A DNA stretch of 63,225 nucleotides, filler included, from Lenisia limosa (Eukaryota; Protista; Breviatea), in assembly GCA_001655205.1 (NCBI GenBank). It is 13 parts of 13 records of this genome, joined end to end, with 100 filler letters (N's around TTAATTAATTAA, not from the genome) between each part and the next. Parts side by side here need not be neighbours in the genome. Positions count along the whole stretch, not along the records: positions 49,065 to 58,572 come from LPNZ01011296.1; positions 58,673 to 63,225 come from LPNZ01001743.1; 11 more parts are not named here. One strand, given 5' to 3'. Positions 58,560 through 63,225 of the stretch are shown here, one piece after another. The position numbers and the translations under genes are program-made. Every line of letters starts with the position of its first letter. The stretch's first letter is position 1. The notes under the pieces are model-generated. The model ran no database searches. It was not told the origin of the DNA and worked only from the letters and a program-made list of their open reading frames with translations.

Positions 58560-58805
58560 TGGGGGGGGGGGGNNNNNNNNNNNNNNNNNNNNNNNNNNNN
58601 NNNNNNNNNNNNNNNNTTAATTAATTAANNNNNNNNNNNNNNNNNNNNNNNNNNNNNNNNNNNNNNNNNNNNCAGACACACACAGACAGACAAACACACA
58701 CAGACAGACACACATACACACACACACACACATTACACACACACAGACAGACACACACACACACAGACAGACACACACATTATACCTCCCCCACTATTCC
58801 ACCCG

Positions 58806-59060
58806 GAAGAAGATGGGGAATCGGGTAGAGCGGCGTGGTGTAAGTGAAGGGTCGCAACGGCGGCGGCATGTTCAGTCTTTTTTCAGGCCTGCTGGTAAAA
58901 TTGGAAAATTCGTAAAACAAACAAAAAAAGCCCGTTAAAATCTACGAAGCCGAAAGACTCCAGGTATTCCAGGGGAAAGATATGCAAAACACCTCCCAAA
59001 AGAATGTTAAACAAACGTTGCCAGAGAGAAAGGGATAGCTGGATAGAAGAGTGAAGTGCA
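58806..59060 (-). CDS. Unidentified coding exons
   Basis: Splice-bounded LSLSLWQRLFNILLG and PEKRLNMPPPLRPFTYTTPLYPIPHLLP. Confidence 0.4.
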
Positions 59061-62000
59061 TTGAAACGGTAATAGCTGGATAGAAGAGTGAAGGAAGTGT
59101 ATTGAAACGGGGGGGTGGCCTTCTTTCTTATATCCAACTGAAGAGCATTGCTATTGTTCACTGAATAGAGCTTCTCGATACTTGTCCAAAGCCAAAAAAG
59201 CACAATGCACATCATAGAAACATGAAGCTCAACGTTCTCTTTAACAACAAGATCACCCCCCCAACCTTGGAGCCTGACATCTGAAACCTTCACAAGCCGC
59301 AGGGGCTGGGGATTAAAACGTCGATAAAACGCAACAAAATGAGCGTAACTGTTTTAATTCGGGAGAGTCCAGATGGTGCTTTACAGTGAGGGATCCTGAA
59401 GTTCTCGAGATCTAAAAATACGACTTGCTATCCGTGCCTCAATACGGTTTTAAAGTGGTTTTAATAGGAACAAGATGGTATTATAGAGTGGTGAAATAGG
59501 TTTTTTTTTATTTTCCGTTTGTTAGTCTCGCGGATGGATATTTTATTAATATTTAAGTTTCCAGCAGTTTCCTTTTACAAGCTTACATTTCACGCTATCT
59601 TTACTCTTGTTAAGTAAAAATTATTAAATTATATTGTAAACTAGAAGGAAATCAACATAGCTCTTGACTTTTCTCATTACTTGTCATGATCATGCGTGTT
59701 AACGAAGCATGAACGACAATGAATTTCATCAAGCACCAGCCAAAGCATTACTCGCTCTCTCAAGTTCCTGTTAAAACAGCGCATAAAAAGCTTTCGCATC
59801 TTACACCTCCATCACGAAGCAGGTTAGTTTGGATTATGAAGAGGAACTATCTGTCAAAAGTTGTATTTTGCTTCTCCACAAATGTACCTTTCACCAGCTT
59901 TTCGCATCTATTCAGATTATTTGAGATAACATTTTCAACAAATTGCAATGTTTTCTCATGCTAAGTGTATGTTGAAGATAACAGAATAATATTTAGCAGT
60001 GTCACCTTGTTGCATCATTTTCGAATCAGGTCGCTTTACACCCGATAATTTGTCCAGCTCCTCATACTATGAGAAAATGAATGCATGATTCCTTTTTAGA
60101 AGCAGATCTCAAAGAGAGACGAGTTCAAAACGGTCACTTGAGAAGGTCATTGAAGGTTATTGGGGTGAAAGTTTCGCTTTCATATCAAGTACAATTTGGG
60201 CAATTGACAAGAACCATCCTTCATGCCTGCAATTATTTTCATGAGTTTGAGCTGACGTGTCATCTGCTTTTGATGTGATTAGAGAAATTTTCAAATTGTA
60301 TTGGATTGGGTGTACTTTGCTTTCTGTAAGTCCGCATTTCAAATGCTCTATTTTATCTGTTTTTTAAGTGTTTGTTTTAAGTCCTTATTTCAAACAGCTC
60401 AAAAACTACACGACAGCAAGAAAAGGAAATCCGGTAAGTGATTTTTGATCTGTTGACAACTGACTAGAAAAATATGAAACAAGTAATATATGATATATAA
60501 ATATTTAATAGTCATGATATGATCAAGCTACATTACAAAAGATTTCGTATCATATACATACATACAACATATTTCCTTTTACTTGGCTTTTGGACAGTAT
60601 TATCTATCACCCTAATTATAATCAAAATTACAATCTATCCTTATTGCCATTATTTGCGTTCTAAAACAAAGTCTTATTTTCACTAAAATACTGCTCCACA
60701 TTAAGCGGATTTTCACCATGATAGGGGAATTTGAAGTATCTCGTGGGCCAGGCTCGGGGCTTCACACATTATTTGAGAAGATTCGAGAGAAAAAGCTGGG
60801 AGCTGTGGATCGTATGCAGGGCATTCTGTTATTTTGGATACTATTATGATTTAGGGCCCATAAAAATGCATATCTTGGTAAATTCTCGATGTACAATATT
60901 GATATTTTGACGGTCTTTTTAGACCAAAATGGAGTCGCTAAAATAATCTGTGAATAATCTTTATTAGCGTGAAATGGTGAAGGTGTCTTTGACCAGACCT
61001 GATACCAAGATACCTCATAAATATAATGAAATCTAATTATGAGAATGCACTTTGGATAAATATTTATTGAAGTGTATTGTTATTCTATTGGGTAAATTAA
61101 TATACAATATCTCTTGAAGCGTGATAGTGTGGACGGCTTCGCCCAGATACCACCCTCTATTATTTCTCATCTCAATAATGTATACCTTCATCAATCTTGA
61201 TGCTTTCCCGCGATTTATAATTTAGGATACTTTGGTAGCCTCAAAAGAAAGTTACAAAACAGAGTTCCTCCCACACCGCTTCCGTATCCCCCACAGCAGT
61301 TCTCTGACAACGATGATTTAGATGTATGAATCAATATTACCAGATATTTTAATAAGTAGAACAATAATAATACATCATATATTATTATCTGATCAAACAA
61401 CAGCACCATTTATTGTGTATTAAGAGGTTTCATTTAAATATCTTTTCAAAATATACCAAATTAGGCAGAGATGTACAAATTCCAATGAATATTAAAGCAT
61501 GTCAAAAGCATAAAGGGCATTTTTGGATTATTTTCGACATTTAATTCCAACAATGGCCTTTTAGAATGAACAGGAACTTAAAGGGGATTTTGAAGACGTC
61601 TTTAGTCCACTAAACTACTCTTCGCATTACACCCCTATCCAGTCTCAGATGTCTCAAAATGTTGGTTGGGGGAAAGAACAATAAGGCATTTCTGTGAAAG
61701 ATTATATCCAAAGTTCTTGAAAAAGCACCATAACTTGGTAAGATACACAACTAGAAATTTTAAAATCTGTTGTCAATGTAAAACTGAATAAGTGGTATGT
61801 TTTGCAAAAATCATGAAAACATCAGAAAACAACAATCTAATAAAACAATCATGAATAAACAGTTACTCAACCTAGCACTATAGCAATTCTAAAAAGTGTA
61901 AAAATTGGTAAGAGAAGTGGCACCTTGAAGTGTGTTTGGCAGTCTTTCTTGCTTTGATACTCTTCATTATTTAGGTGAGGAATGTTCCATAATATTGAAC

Positions 62001-63225
62001 TGTTTATTTTCTTGAATTTTTAAGTTTTCTTTGATCCGTAGTTTCTGACAAATTTGCAAAGTAAATTACGTTCAAGATTTTGAAAACGCCATCTTCAACA
62101 TACCAAATTCAAACTCCTGGGACAGCTGACACGTTTTATTCTCTCGACCGTCCGTTAGCGGGACAAGGATTGTATACTTTAATTATATAACGTGATATAA
62201 GTTTCCATTGTAAATATCTGATTAAGGGGATGCTGTCTTGTTATAATTTCCTTTTATAATTGCACGATTTGGCCTTATTAATGACTCATTAATGAATTGT
62301 TCAAATTTACTTGTCAGATGATTTGATTTGTAATGAATACCATTTACTTGTCATTGGATCTGTAAAGCAAGTCACATTTATACTAGTCAAAATTTGTATC
62401 TGTCATACCTCTGTCTTTTATTTGTTAGAGTGGCATCGAGACAGTCAGAGAATGACGTTCATGTGGGTTTAGGAAACGTTGTTAATAATGTCTCATGTAA
62501 AGCAAATGGTGTAATAAATTGGCATTTTGATTCATTGTTTCCAATTAGCATTACAATGACAAGAATATAAATCATCTTCATTATCGTGACAATCAACATA
62601 ATTTGTATTATCACCATCATTCTCTACCATATCAAGGGCCAAAGTGGGACAATCTAAAAGTTTTCTTTTTCTCAACACAATACACATATGCAACAATTGT
62701 CATTTCCACATTCAGCAAAATAACAATTCTCATTTCCACATTTAGCAAAAATTCACACTATAGGAGTGGGCTGACGAATATGCTGACATGAGCCAAAGCA
62801 GAACATCAAGTAAGTTGATTGAGAGTCCGGCTTCACTTTGTTCGATAAATATTGATATTTTATCAATCTTTTTCGAACCGAAGTGCCCTTATTGAGAGGG
62901 ATACTTTTGAACTTTTTTACTAATCTTTGATGATTTTTTTCATCCGCTCCCCGCAAAAATAAGATTTCTTCTTACCTCCTCCCCCTCTCATAATTGACTT
63001 TTACAGTTATTCAACCAAGGGCACTTGTTGATGATCTGTCAAGTTCCTCTCCTGTCTCCCGCGGAACTGCTGAGGTGTGAATAGTATTATATATCAAAAT
63101 ATACATATGTTTGTATGCTAGGGAGGCACACAAAAAGCTGTGTGCACAGAGTTGAAGGCAAATGATTGGGTGAATTAATATTATACAAAACTCCAATATC
63201 TCTAAAAAGCGTGATGGAGTGGACG

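Overview
Eukaryotic nuclear DNA from an intron-rich flagellated protist. It is not one continuous locus: it is 13 small contigs joined by 12 artificial N-TTAATTAATTAA-N linkers, so gene order across linkers has no biological meaning. Genes were identified by manually splicing short exons (about 40-150 nt) and comparing them with remembered family motifs; no database was searched. Recognisable genes: ankyrin-repeat protein, CEP76, TRM112, glucose-6-phosphate isomerase, USP47-like deubiquitinase, PRP16/DHX38, cytoplasmic dynein-1 heavy chain, outer-arm-type axonemal dynein heavy chain, IFT88, Rad21/Rec8-like kleisin, flavodiiron protein, STRA6-like membrane protein, universal stress protein, two-pore channel, RS-repeat protein, SLC35A transporter, ALG2, and a xanthine dehydrogenase/aldehyde oxidase-like protein. 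The most unusual signals are in the introns: (i) a dispersed repeat always co-oriented with its host gene, often ending exactly at the 3' splice site; (ii) G-runs after donors and C-runs before acceptors; (iii) repeated duplication of the splice junctions themselves; (iv) dense TA-flanked MITEs. At protein level, the XDH-like gene has lost 5 of 8 canonical 2Fe-2S cysteines. Repeat and partial-gene coordinates are approximate (about +/-5-10 nt).
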